A DNA stretch of 56,860 nucleotides, the filler included, from Catajapyx aquilonaris (taxonomy: Eukaryota), in assembly GCA_000934665.2 (NCBI GenBank). It is 3 parts of 3 records of this genome, joined end to end, with 100 filler letters (N's around TTAATTAATTAA, not from the genome) between each part and the next. Parts side by side here need not be neighbours in the genome. Positions count along the whole stretch, not along the records: positions 1 to 18,806 come from JYFJ02006602.1; 2 more parts are not named here. One strand, 5' to 3'. The notes under the pieces are model-generated. The model ran no database searches. It saw nothing but the letters and a program-made list of their open reading frames with translations, and was not told where the DNA came from. A program made the translations under genes and the position numbers. Numbering within the stretch: the stretch's first letter is position 1; every line of letters starts with the position of its first letter. This document shows positions 1-10,086 of the stretch, one piece after another.

Positions 1-169
1 GGTTGACCATACCATGGAGAACAGGTCTTCAGTTAGTATTTCCTTGATGTTTTGGTACGTACATTAAAGAAATATGTTATTCCGTTCGAAAGTAATTGCG
101 TTTCAAAGAGTGAGTCGTCAACTCCGGAACACCCTGTACTTGTGGAATGAAGAGGCTATGCTGGGTTGT

Positions 170-410
170 TGAAAATGTCAGGGGGAGAAATGTCGAGTGA
201 GCAACTGTAGACGACATAGGCGACAACAAAGATTTGCATGCCCTTGAGACAGCAGTATCCACCCACCCAACAGCATTTATGCGGGGAGGGCAGCAAACCA
301 CTGCACTCATTTACATGCAGTGGTTGCCTAAGTATCAGGATGTGATCCTGATATTGATGGCTGAAAAAAGACATGGCCTTGCCAGACAGATTCCATAGTT
401 ATCCAGTGCA
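170..410 (+). mobile_element. Decayed LTR-retrotransposon fragment (polypurine tract plus LTR start), copy A
   Basis: AGGGGGAGAAA-TGTCGAG (PPT followed by TGT). About 240 bp aligns to the reverse complement of ~1390-1590 (shared ACATGCAGTGGTTG.CTAAGT.TCAGGATGTGATCCTGATATTG). Confidence 0.45.
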
Positions 411-1389
411 GCCTGAAATGGATAATATCTCTGGGAAAACTTAATGGAAGACAGTGCATTGAAGTCCAGTGGAAGCCGAATTAGTTTGACTATTGATTAC
501 CTCCAGAGCACTGGGGAAAGGAATCAACAGACCAAGTGCTCAGAACATCCTGGCAATGGTGAGATAGTCTACTTCAGCATTGTCGTCACCATAGTGAAAC
601 ACAGTAACCTGTCTAAATAAGACCACAACCCTATTTTGAGCCCCTAAAGTTTAGAGTAATTTAATGCCAATCAAGACATTAATGTAATAGCCCCATTGGA
701 ACATGGATGTATTTTGAACGACAACGGCTCATAAGTGTACTAAAAGGGTGCAGGCTACATGATGAAAAGCACATGGTGGGTCCAGTCCAGCCCATGGACA
801 CTTCTATCCCAGCGCAATAGAAAAGGCCGATCCGTTATTCCTTCCCGCAGCGGCGCTAGTAAAACAATGGAATCTCGCTGTGCGTGTCGTTCATTCGCCA
901 TAACAACTATAGCGACGATAGCGACCCTCCTCCCGATTACTAGGTTTATCAGCGACCCCCCTCCCGATTACTACCGATCACGGTCTTAGCTACCGATAGC
1001 GTATACCAAGATGGCCGCAATATGGAGATGTTCACGATCCAGGTCACATCATGGCCACCTCCAGTCAGCGCCACGGCGGGAATGAGTAACGGAACGCAAA
1101 ATGGCGGCGAGTTTCCCGACCTCTCCTTCTAAGACCGTGGTCCAGTCTAACTGCAAGGGTGTGGGTTACAAGCACAATGTGGGAGTTGTCAATAATGGCC
1201 ATTTGACAACGTACTTGTACAAAATACATCCAGGAGCAAGGAAGGCAACATAACGCCATCATGAATGTAGAGTATGCTGACATGCACCTGGCACTAGGTG
1301 GTAATTCGGTTTTCATCACACTTCAATACCCCATCTTCCATTTAGTTTGACCACAGAATGATGCATTTATTTCAGTCTACGTGGGGCAA

Positions 1390-1840
1390 CTAACGGAATC
1401 TGGTAAGGTCACCTCTTTTCCAGCCAGCAATATCAGGATCACATCCTGACACTTAGACAACCACTGCATGTGAGGGAATGCAGCGGTTTGCCAGCCTCCC
1501 CACAGAAAATATGTTCGGTGGGTGGATGCATTTGTCTAAGGTTGGTTGCCAATGGTTGGTCCCTCGACATTTCTCCCCCCTACATTTTCGACTTGTTTTG
1601 GGCCAAGGAACACACTGACTGCTGCTTGACCTACTAGTAAGAAACACCCTGTCTAGATATTCCTGGATGATGCCATCATCTCAAGGCCCTGCGATTGGCT
1701 GTATAATATCCTGAACAAGTTTGACTGGCACAATGTGATGTCATTTACTGTGATTAGCTGTAGCCCATTCTGCTCCTCCAGCCACCTCTTCCCTCCCACT
1801 TCACTGGACAGACTTTCTACTTCATATGAGGGCCGTACTT
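1390..1840 (-). mobile_element. Decayed LTR-retrotransposon 3' end (PPT plus LTR start), copy B, with possible integrase C-terminal remnant
   Basis: Minus strand AGGGGGGAGAAA-TGTCGAG. Upstream minus-strand translation RPSYEVESLSSEVGGKRW...QLITVNDITLCQSNLF loosely resembles Gypsy integrase C-termini. Confidence 0.35.
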
Positions 1841-1929
1841 TTTTTTCTTTTTTTTGCCAAAAATACAGGGCTCTCACAGGTCGGCAGATGGGCACATATT
1901 AGTGAGAGAATCCTCCCAGAGCCAAATGC

Positions 1930-2150
1930 ACAGGAGTCATGGGTGTGGCAACCTCTCCAGGTCCTCCAGGAACCACTTTTTGGTGGTGCGGCGCATCCAC
2001 TCTCGGACAACTGCTTTCAGTGAACAATGTCCTCACAATGGTGTTGGGGAAGGTTTTTTTTTCCATGGATCCGAACAGGTGAAAGTCACTGGGGGCCAGG
2101 CCGAGGGAGTACAGAGGGTGTGGAAGCACCCAAACCCAGATCCATGAAAT
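1930..2150 (-). pseudogene. Mariner transposase C-terminal remnant
   Basis: WVLPHPLYSLGLAPSDFHLFGSM matches the mariner HPPYSPDLAPSDFHLF signature. A shifted frame continues KAVVREWMRRTTKKWFLEDLERLP. Confidence 0.75.
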
Positions 2151-2417
2151 AAAACCTTTGCCGACGCCATGGTTATCAAATACTGTATATTGGCTGCTAA
2201 TATTAGGTAGCATGGACCCATCCTTTTTAACACAGTTTGCAAAGGGTCTTGCTCGAACAAATTGAGTTCTAACATTTACATTTAATGACTGTTGTTCCAA
2301 TGGGCCATTCCCAATCATAAATTCACAGCAAATCAACGAGCTTGGATAGGTGATACAATTCATCCTAATATTAGCCGCTAATATTTTGGATAACCACTAG
2401 AAGTAACAATTCCAAAC

Positions 2418-2420
<3 letters not shown>

Positions 2421-2482
<62 letters not shown>

Positions 2483-2732
2483 GATACTCCATGATAAGCC
2501 TCATTGGGCTCTTTAGGGGATCATCTTTTTAATTGATTGACTCTAATCATTGCCTTTGCTGTGATGGATTTTGATAGTGGGAGGAAACGGGAGAGCCTCA
2601 AGAAAACCCAAGCGAACACGGAGAGAACCCATCAAAACTCTATCCACATAAGCATCCTCTGTCCGATCAGGGGATCGTACTCAGGACCTCAGAGGTGGAA
2701 GGCTTTGGCGCTAACCACTACAGTGCCGCCCT
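2421..2732 (-). mobile_element. tRNA-derived SINE with V/Meta-like central domain and (TTA)n tail
   Basis: Minus strand starts GGGCGGCACTGTAGTGGTTAGCG (A-box) and has a degenerate B-box. Core GGGTTTTCTTGAGGCTCTCCCGTTTCCTCCCAC. (TTA)n tail at 2421-2481. Exact 17-bp TSD TAACAATTCCAAACTAA at 2404-2420 and 2733-2749. Confidence 0.85.
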
Positions 2733-2828
2733 TAACAATTCCAAACTAACTACTTCATAAACCACTTAATGAAACAAATTGCAATGACAGTGGGATAAGT
2801 ATTTTGGATCACCCTGTACAAGTGTATA

Positions 2829-3390
2829 CAGGGTGTAAATGAATTCAATCGACAAACTTGTAGGGGTAATAGAGGGGACCAAGACAAACATTTTTGACAT
2901 AGGAAACCGTGTCCGGAAACACCATCTAGAGGGGGTTCATAGACAAGGAACGGGTGTGCTCAGACGCGTCACGCGAGAGGCGCTAATCGAGCGGACTGTT
3001 TTGTTGATAGATGGCGCGCAGGTGTTGCCAGGTTATGGCGTATCGTGTTGTTGTAAGTAAACAACAACGCGATACGCCATAACCTGGCAACAACAGAACC
3101 GCTGTTGACTATCCGCGCGTCTCCTAGGAGGCATACTTTAGTTGCTAGATGGCTCTGTTGTTGCCACGTTATGGCACATCGCATCGTTGGTTACTATCCG
3201 AGCGCCATCTATCAACAAAACAGTCCGCCCGACTAGCGCCTCACGTGTGACGCGTCTGAGCGCACCCGTTCCTTGTCTATGAACCCCCTCTAGATGGCGT
3301 TTCCGGACACGGTTTCCTATGTCAAAAATGTTTGTCTTGGTCCCCTCTATCACCCCTACAAGTTTGTCGATTGAATTCATTTACACCCTG
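2829..3390. mobile_element. Tc1/mariner-type MITE with ~190-bp TIRs
   Basis: TA|CAGGGTGTAAATGAATTCAATCG...CGATTGAATTCATTTACACCCTG|TA. Near-perfect long inverted arms plus an extra internal hairpin at ~3023-3090. Confidence 0.9.
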
Positions 3391-3394
3391 TATA

Positions 3395-3641
3395 CTCTCC
3401 AATTCACATGAGAGTGAACTTTTTGGATATCCATACGCCTGAAAGTAGTCACAAAATGTGCATTTTGTGTATCGCTGCAGCTGCCGCATGGGCAGCCCAT
3501 GATAATTAGGAATTAGAATTACATGTACCAGCACTGTTTCTTCGAGAAAGCCAGAGATACTGGGGACTAATTTTGCAGCGGCTCACTGACCCCTGGGGCG
3601 TAAGGATATCCAAAAAGGTTCACTCTATGTGAATTGGAGAA
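3395..3641. mobile_element. TA-flanked MITE, copy 1
   Basis: TIR CTCTCCAATTCACAT.AGAGTGAAC.TTTTTGGATATCC. Homologous copy at 5093-5387. Confidence 0.75.
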
Positions 3642-3751
3642 TAGATATCTGACAAAATGATTGACAAAATGATTGAAATTTAGCTTCAATTCAAAATTGT
3701 CCCAATATTTTTGTCAAAAGTAATACCATGCATTATCACCAGAACTCTCAC

Positions 3752-6071
3752 CTGCTGATAAAATATCACTTTTGGGAATTCTCCATTCCTCTTCCTTTCA
3801 TCTCGCTCTTTCCTTAGTCTTTCAAGGTAGACAGGGACGTCATCATTGGGTGTGCACCAGGGCTGTTTACGGGAACCCGATCGCCAACTACTGGTCTTGG
3901 AACTGGGTCTCTCACCCACTTGGTGGTCTCTTTCATGCCCTTTGCGGGCTGGAGGTCCTCTCTCTACTGGGAATGTTGTCACTTTTTGTACTACCTGTAC
4001 TTTGGATGTTTTGATGTGGGGATTGACCTGCAAAATGAATTTGAAAGGTGACAAAATAGTACACCATACTTCAATTACACTCCAGTAAATGATACTCAGT
4101 ACTAAATTTTATCCTGTGCGACCACATGGCTTATAATGCAGTAAAATGGTGCGGTTTAGCACAATTGAGAGGAATAAGCCAAAGCAAGAAATCGCCATCC
4201 TGTTCTGTAAGCCACCTAAAATAGCACTTCCCGTTGATTTTTCACCCCTACAATGGTTCCAGTTAATTTCCAATAATCTAAAGTGTCACCCTTGTATTTC
4301 TTAATTATAAATGTAAATATCCTGTACTCATTTGTTAATTGTAGTTCATGTTGATAATTATGAAAATGTCTGTCATTCAGTCCTAAGCCTAAGATGTGTC
4401 AGGAAAAGTCGTGGCATAAAATGGCAGTAGTTAAAAATTCAAGATGATTTCCGTGTCCAAGCCAGCCCCCCGCAACTCCCTATCTAGCCCTATGGTTACG
4501 GTAGTTTAATATAAAAGTCTCCGCCAGCCTGGAATTTGGCTCTGGCGGCACATTGGGACCCCAGTGACACTCAGGCGGACGCCTCGTTGCCTTCTGAACC
4601 CTTCTGAACCGATACAAACCAAACAAAAACCAAACCTAAACAACTGTAGATAGAGCTCTCTTGGGATGGGTAGGAAACCTAAAGAAGGCTAAGGGTGTTG
4701 GGCTTTTTATCCTGACACACCGCAGGCATCACATATCGAGCTGCATATCTGCCCACCAGCCACCCGAGTGTGACTGGGGCTTCGTTGGAGCTTCTGCAGC
4801 ACCCAGGCGGAGACTTTTATATTACATTATGGTACTGTATCAGAGGAGTTGCATGGGGCTGGTCCAAGCATTTCCAATGAGCTCTATGAGTTTGTCACGT
4901 TGTGAATCACTCTGAATAGAAATGACAATGCAATAGTAATGATACTAATGAAGTATACTTTATGATACATAGGTAGGAAGTTAGGGTAGATTACTAACCT
5001 TCCCTTACCTATCCCCTTTATCTAATAATCACACAAGTATGGTATGCAGATTCAAGGTATCCTAATGTACGTAGTATAATAGACCCATCCTACTCTCCGA
5101 TTCACATCAGCATGAACCTTTTTCGATGTGCATACGCCCAAGGGGTCGGTGAACCGCCTGAATGTAGTGCCCAACATGCCGAGCCCTACCGCTCTTCACA
5201 ACACATTGTGCAGTTTGTGTAGTGCTGCAGCTACCACATGGGCTGCCCATGATAATCAGGCATTCGAATTACATGAACCAGCACTGTTTCTTCGAGAAAG
5301 CCATAGATAATTTTGCGGCGCAGAGGCTCACCGACCCCTCTGGCGTATGGGTATCCAAAAAGGTTCACACTTATGTGAATCAGAGTGTAAATCACTCACC
5401 ACTAATCTCCTTTCTCATTAGAGACACCAGCAACTGCCAGGTATTTCAAGTCTATTCATAAGCACCCTCTCAATGTAGTTGCCATGTTTAGAACTGAATC
5501 ATTGAATTACAGCAATTAGCCTTAAACGCCACTTCTGCTTAGTTTTCTACCACCTAATTGCCTTTCCAACATCTCAAGCTTAGGACTATGTGACACACTA
5601 GCCATAGTAAAACTGGTAAAACATGTGGTTAATCAGAAATTGCATGTAAACAAAAGCCGCCATTTAACCACTTACCCCCGTTCTCTCGTAAGTCCCCTTC
5701 ATCGGAAGGGATCTAGTGCGTCGCCCAACGCCATCGCTAGTGCTTGGCTCAACGCCATCGCTAGTGCTTGGCTCAACGCCATCGCTAGTGCTTGGCTCAA
5801 CGCAATCTCTAGTGCGTGGCTCAACATAATCTGGCGGCTTATCCCACACCGAGTCATGAGTCGTCAAATTGAAATAATAATGTTTCTGACGTTTCTCGGA
5901 GTAGTGTTTGAGCCACACAGAAGACGACTTCTTCCCATCTTCCTGGGGCAGCTGTATCCCTGCACCCTGTGGAAGCATCTTGGCCCTTCCTGAACCTCCT
6001 GAGGGCTTCTGTTTTCCTCCATCTCCAGGTGCCTCTCCAGGAGGCAACTTCTTACTTCCCTCACCATTCAT
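3752..6071 (-). CDS. WW-domain protein, spliced, 3' end uncertain
   Basis: Exon 6071-5676 (132 codons, donor GTAAGT, phase 0) contains WLKHYSEKRQKHYYFNLTTHDSVWDKP (WW consensus W..YYFN..T..S.W..P), followed by VEPSTSDG-type repeats. Exon 4027-3752 (acceptor ttttgcag, 92 codons, donor GTGAGA, phase 0) is open in the same phase. A possible last exon at 608-540 (VTVFHYGDDNAEVDYLTIARMF*) is speculative. Confidence 0.7.
5093..5387. mobile_element. TA-flanked MITE, copy 2
   Basis: Same TIR type and internal block (GCACTGTTTCTTCGAGAAAGCCA) as 3395-3641. Confidence 0.75.
5730..5826 (-). repeat. Coding 24-bp minisatellite (VEPSTSDG x ~4)
   Basis: CTAGTGCTTGGCTCAACGCCATCG repeated in tandem inside the WW exon. 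Confidence 0.9.
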
Positions 6072-6854
6072 CCTACTGCACCCAGCATCCAGTATTACAG
6101 TTCAGAATGCAGCGCTCTATCTTCACAACAGGACGCCCGGATACCCGTGACAAATCTCCAGCAACTCACACGTTACTTCCTCCTGCACTAGTCACGGAGC
6201 ACCAGTTCAGCTTGTAACATGAGCTCCACTCTGTCTCTTTGTGAAGCAGGCCTAGTTGCGTTGCGTGTGGAGTGGTAACACTGATTGCGATTCTAGCTGG
6301 TTATATTAGCAAAGCAGCTATAATTTGAAATGAATTATTTATTGGGCTGGGGCACTTTCCTTGTTCAAAAGTAACGGTAAAATTAGGTCTGCTGTATTTC
6401 CAGAGCATCGACTACACAGAAATCGGAGTATACTACGTATCTTTATCTCTGTGACTGACCACGGCACCGACTTATCAGGAATGATAGCTTAGTGCCGGTC
6501 CCATTTCTATCCCGCGTAAATCAGCGTCCTTTTTTCTTGTTCAATATCATTGTCAATATTATAGATATCGTGTTCAGGAAATTGCTTCCATCAGGTTTCC
6601 ACTTATATCCCTGTCGCTGTACACCGCCTAATTTAATTGATCGTCATTTGCCAAGGAAATAATGTAGGCCTATCAGTAAAAACTGTGAATGTGCCAGAGT
6701 GTAGGCTACTGTGGGACTCCATTACTTTATGGTGACTTGCTATGGTCACTATATTTAAAGCAGAAACTGTGTTTTTCTGGGCCGTGGTCTGGGCTATCTA
6801 ACCTACTTCCAGATTTTACAGCTGGTGTGCTCCTACTGAGTCCCTATCCCAAAC

Positions 6855-6970
6855 CCACATATTTTGGAGTTGCGGCAACTCCTAAAGAGGGCAAGGATAC
6901 TACTTTATTCGCATACCGGTACCCGAAAGATCCAAAGCTGCACCGAGAGTGGTGTACTTACTGGCAGGAG
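6855..6970 (+). pseudogene. Possible THAP zinc-finger remnant
   Basis: TTLFAYRYPKDPKLHREW resembles the THAP LFRFPKD..LR..W motif. The sequence breaks off at the following LINE. Confidence 0.3.
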
Positions 6971-7009
6971 TGACTTGTTGAAAAGGGGTAAATCACTCAG
7001 CAGAAAAGT

Positions 7010-8168
7010 TGCAACTTTCCTGGAATGGTGATAAGATACAGATAGCAAATGACTATAAATACCTTGGGATCCCATTTGCCTCTGCCGGTATACAGTAGAG
7101 CAGCTAAGTTTATGGTGGCCAAGGGAAAGAAAGCAGTTAATATTTTATGGCCGACGCTGGTGAAGCTCAAAACTAGAGAGATTTAAATGTAGCTATGCGT
7201 CTGTTTGATGCCCAAATAGCTCCGGTTATATTATACAATTCGCACCTGTGGGCCTTGCATCATTTGAGAGAACTGGAACAAGTCCATTTAATTTTTGTTA
7301 ATAAGTTTTTATGCTTGCCAATGGCCAGCGCAAATTACTTTGTTAGATTAGAAACAGGGCGACGGCCAATTGCGATATCCATGTTTAAAAAGAGGCTGTT
7401 TTTTCTTAAGAAAATTTTGGCGGAATAAGCGCCCGAAAGTCTACTTAGGAGTATTGGATGAAAAATAGATCGATGAGTCAACAGGGATGTTTAATATGGT
7501 GGGCAGGTTACTTACGGATGCAGGAATCTCTTGTGATCACTGGCGAAAGAACCATCATGACATATATATGACGAAATTGGTCATGACTTTTGTGGATAAT
7601 AGTATCGAGACTGACCGAATACTGTTGGATAATACCATTATACGCACTATCGTGATATTTCAAATGGGTTTTTACAGGAGGAGTACCTACATAAAAACAT
7701 CCCGCTGAGACTGGTTCGTCTATTAGCCAATTTAAGAAATAAGTCAAAGAAAATTTGGATGAAAGGTTATAATTTGCGAATAATGGATGAGGAGTATTGC
7801 TCACTGTGTAATGTCAGGGCGTATGGATCACTTTATCATATGATGTTTGAATGCCATTTCTCACAGGAGGCTCGACATGGATGGTAGATTTCCAAAGAGT
7901 ACTCTATGATAAGCTATTCACTTTATTTGTGGAAATCCCTGTTTAAATTGCAAGCTCTATACAAATTTTTTGTTAATAGTGAAGAAACTCCAATTGTATA
8001 TAATTTTGGTAATATTGTGAATTGTTGGAAGTGTGTAAAATTGGAATATTGTACTGTATTGCTGCATGGGAAACAGTAACTTTGTATCTTGTATCATGGT
8101 ACGTTGTATATTGTAGTTGGGAAGGTCTTTCCTCCATACACTACGGTGTTCGAAGGGAAATAAAACCA

Positions 8169-8200
<32 letters not shown>
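7010..8200 (+). mobile_element. 5'-truncated, frameshifted non-LTR retrotransposon (LINE ORF2 3' part)
   Basis: WNGDKIQIANDYKYLG (RT C-terminal YKYLG). LFDAQIAPVILYNSHLW...YFVRLETGRRP. CCHC finger CSLCNVRAYGSLYHMMFEC at ~7798-7855. AATAAA and (TAT)n tail at ~8159-8200. Confidence 0.85.
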
Positions 8201-8201
<1 letters not shown>

Positions 8202-9566
8202 GGGTATAATCATCATCATCATCATCATCATCATCTTCACAGCGTTTCCCAAACAGATATGGGGTTGCCAGCGGATATTGAGGATGAGGTCCTTATTATG
8301 AGTATGACCACATACATATACAAAAAAATAATCTGAAGCCTGGTCAGGTACTCGCAGATAATTGAGGGGGTTACAACATATTGCCGACAGGACAGGCTAT
8401 GCTGGTTGACTTCGGCACGTCCCAGGTGACGTCCACCAACAAAGGACGGGCGAGGCAGGAGTACCATCTCATTGCCGAGTTGTTGGCACCACCAGACCAC
8501 ATCCTGTCGCCTTGCATGGGACGAAGGAGGGCAGCAAAACCTCCAGGCTTCCAGATGGAATGCCTTCTACTTGCCGAATGAACAGGCTATACTGGTTGTT
8601 GACTTCGGCGTGTCCCAGGCGACGTCCCCAGAGCTAATGGAAGACATGGCTGTGTGCGCACGCGAGCGGTTTTTTTTTTGTCTCGAGAAAACTTGAAGCT
8701 GGGTGGCGTGTGTGATGTATGGGGGATGATAGGGCCCTCTGGTCTAGGATGACACGGGGTTATGGGTCAAAGTAAGCTAAAACTGGGCATGATCTGCTCC
8801 ATGGAAAACCCTAACTACATTGTATCCAGCAAATGAAATGTTAAAAGGTCTTCCTTCAAGTATTTTTATTTTAAAAACTTGGAACTTTCGTTTCATCCAG
8901 GTACATTTTCCGTATACAGGTGTTGGTAATAAGTAAAATAACGAGATTCATAAAAATAGACAAGTAATTATCATCTAGAATGAAAGTGGCAGTATCACAT
9001 GATTATCTTCTTGAAGCACTTGAAGGTCAGTCTTTAATACTCATAACCTCACCACTCATTTTCATGACGATAAGCCTTCACACTAAATTGCAACAATTTA
9101 TAAATTATCATTGCTCAAATTTTTAAAAAATACCACCACTTTATAATTCACCTATGCACATTACATGCATAGGTACAGTACATTTTCTGAAAGACTATCA
9201 TTTAATAACACGACATGATTATGAAAAATTTCACGACAATAGGTGGGTAAGCACTGCCTATATTTGCTGACATAATGCACCACTGAACTGAGAGTGTCAC
9301 CCATGACATATGTGGTTGGATGCACAAAAAAAATTAAATAAATGGAAGTACAAAGTTGATTGCAAAAAAGTTCCTGAACACAAACATGGCTTAAAGCTCC
9401 ATCTGTATATACAGGGTGTTAGGAATAGATGTCTGCCACTTCCTCTCAGATCTATGTTACTTAAAATATGCTAACATGAAATTACTCTAGCTGATTGTGT
9501 TGATTTCAGCTCCACAATGGAGATACTCACATCTGAAATCCTGTGGCATCACTGTCGGTCTGTGCT

Positions 9567-9676
9567 GGCCTGTATCCTCGGGCAAGAGGAAGTAAGGATG
9601 AGTGTGGTGGAACAGACCAGGGCAGGTCTACCCCACCACACTCATCATTACTTCCTCTTGCCTGAGGGTACAGGCC
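9567..9676. ncRNA. Long hairpin (52-bp stem, 6-nt loop), candidate pre-miRNA/hpRNA
   Basis: GGCCTGTATCCTCGGGCAAGAGGAAGTAAGGATGAGTGTGGTGGAACAGACC-AGGGCA-GGTCTACCCCACCACACTCATCATTACTTCCTCTTGCCTGAGGGTACAGGCC, with 6 non-Watson-Crick positions. It lies in a putative minus-strand exon 9705-9531 (acceptor ctgctcag, donor GTGAGT). RNA status is unproven. Confidence 0.4.
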
Positions 9677-10086
9677 TTGGCATTGCACCTCTCCTGCAAA
9701 TTTCCCTGAGCAGAAATACAATTAACACAATGACATAAGACAAGGTGGTGCAGATGTATCCAGAAGCTCATCCTTACCCTTTCCTCCCACCAAAGCATTC
9801 AAACCAGTGCAGACCAGCAGTCACATCAGGTGATTTCAAATGTGATTATCTCTATCACGGAGCTAAAATTGACAAAATAAACTACAGTAATTTTGCATTA
9901 GAATATCTCCAGGAACCTAGATCTGAAAAGAAGTGTGCACCTTTTGTCCCACCCTGTGTAATACTGAAGATTCAACGTAGACAATACTTAAAGCTCAATC
10001 CTTATAATATGCAAGTTCTCCCTGCTTAATTCCGTATAACATGCCCCAGATACAACAATATCAAAAACATCATCTCATGAAACATC

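Noticed and set aside
920..975. Duplicated SDPPPDY (PPxY, a WW ligand) near the WW gene
   Set aside because: The two copies are in different frames and one ends at a stop. There is no splice or ORF support, so it is likely coincidence.
2839..3380. Twin ORFs MNSIDKLVGVIEGTK... on opposite strands
   Set aside because: Artefact of the MITE inverted repeats. The same applies to the ORFs at 11954-12469.
8022..8336. ORF with poly-Tyr/poly-His
   Set aside because: Translation of the LINE (TAT)n tail and an adjacent (CAT)n microsatellite.
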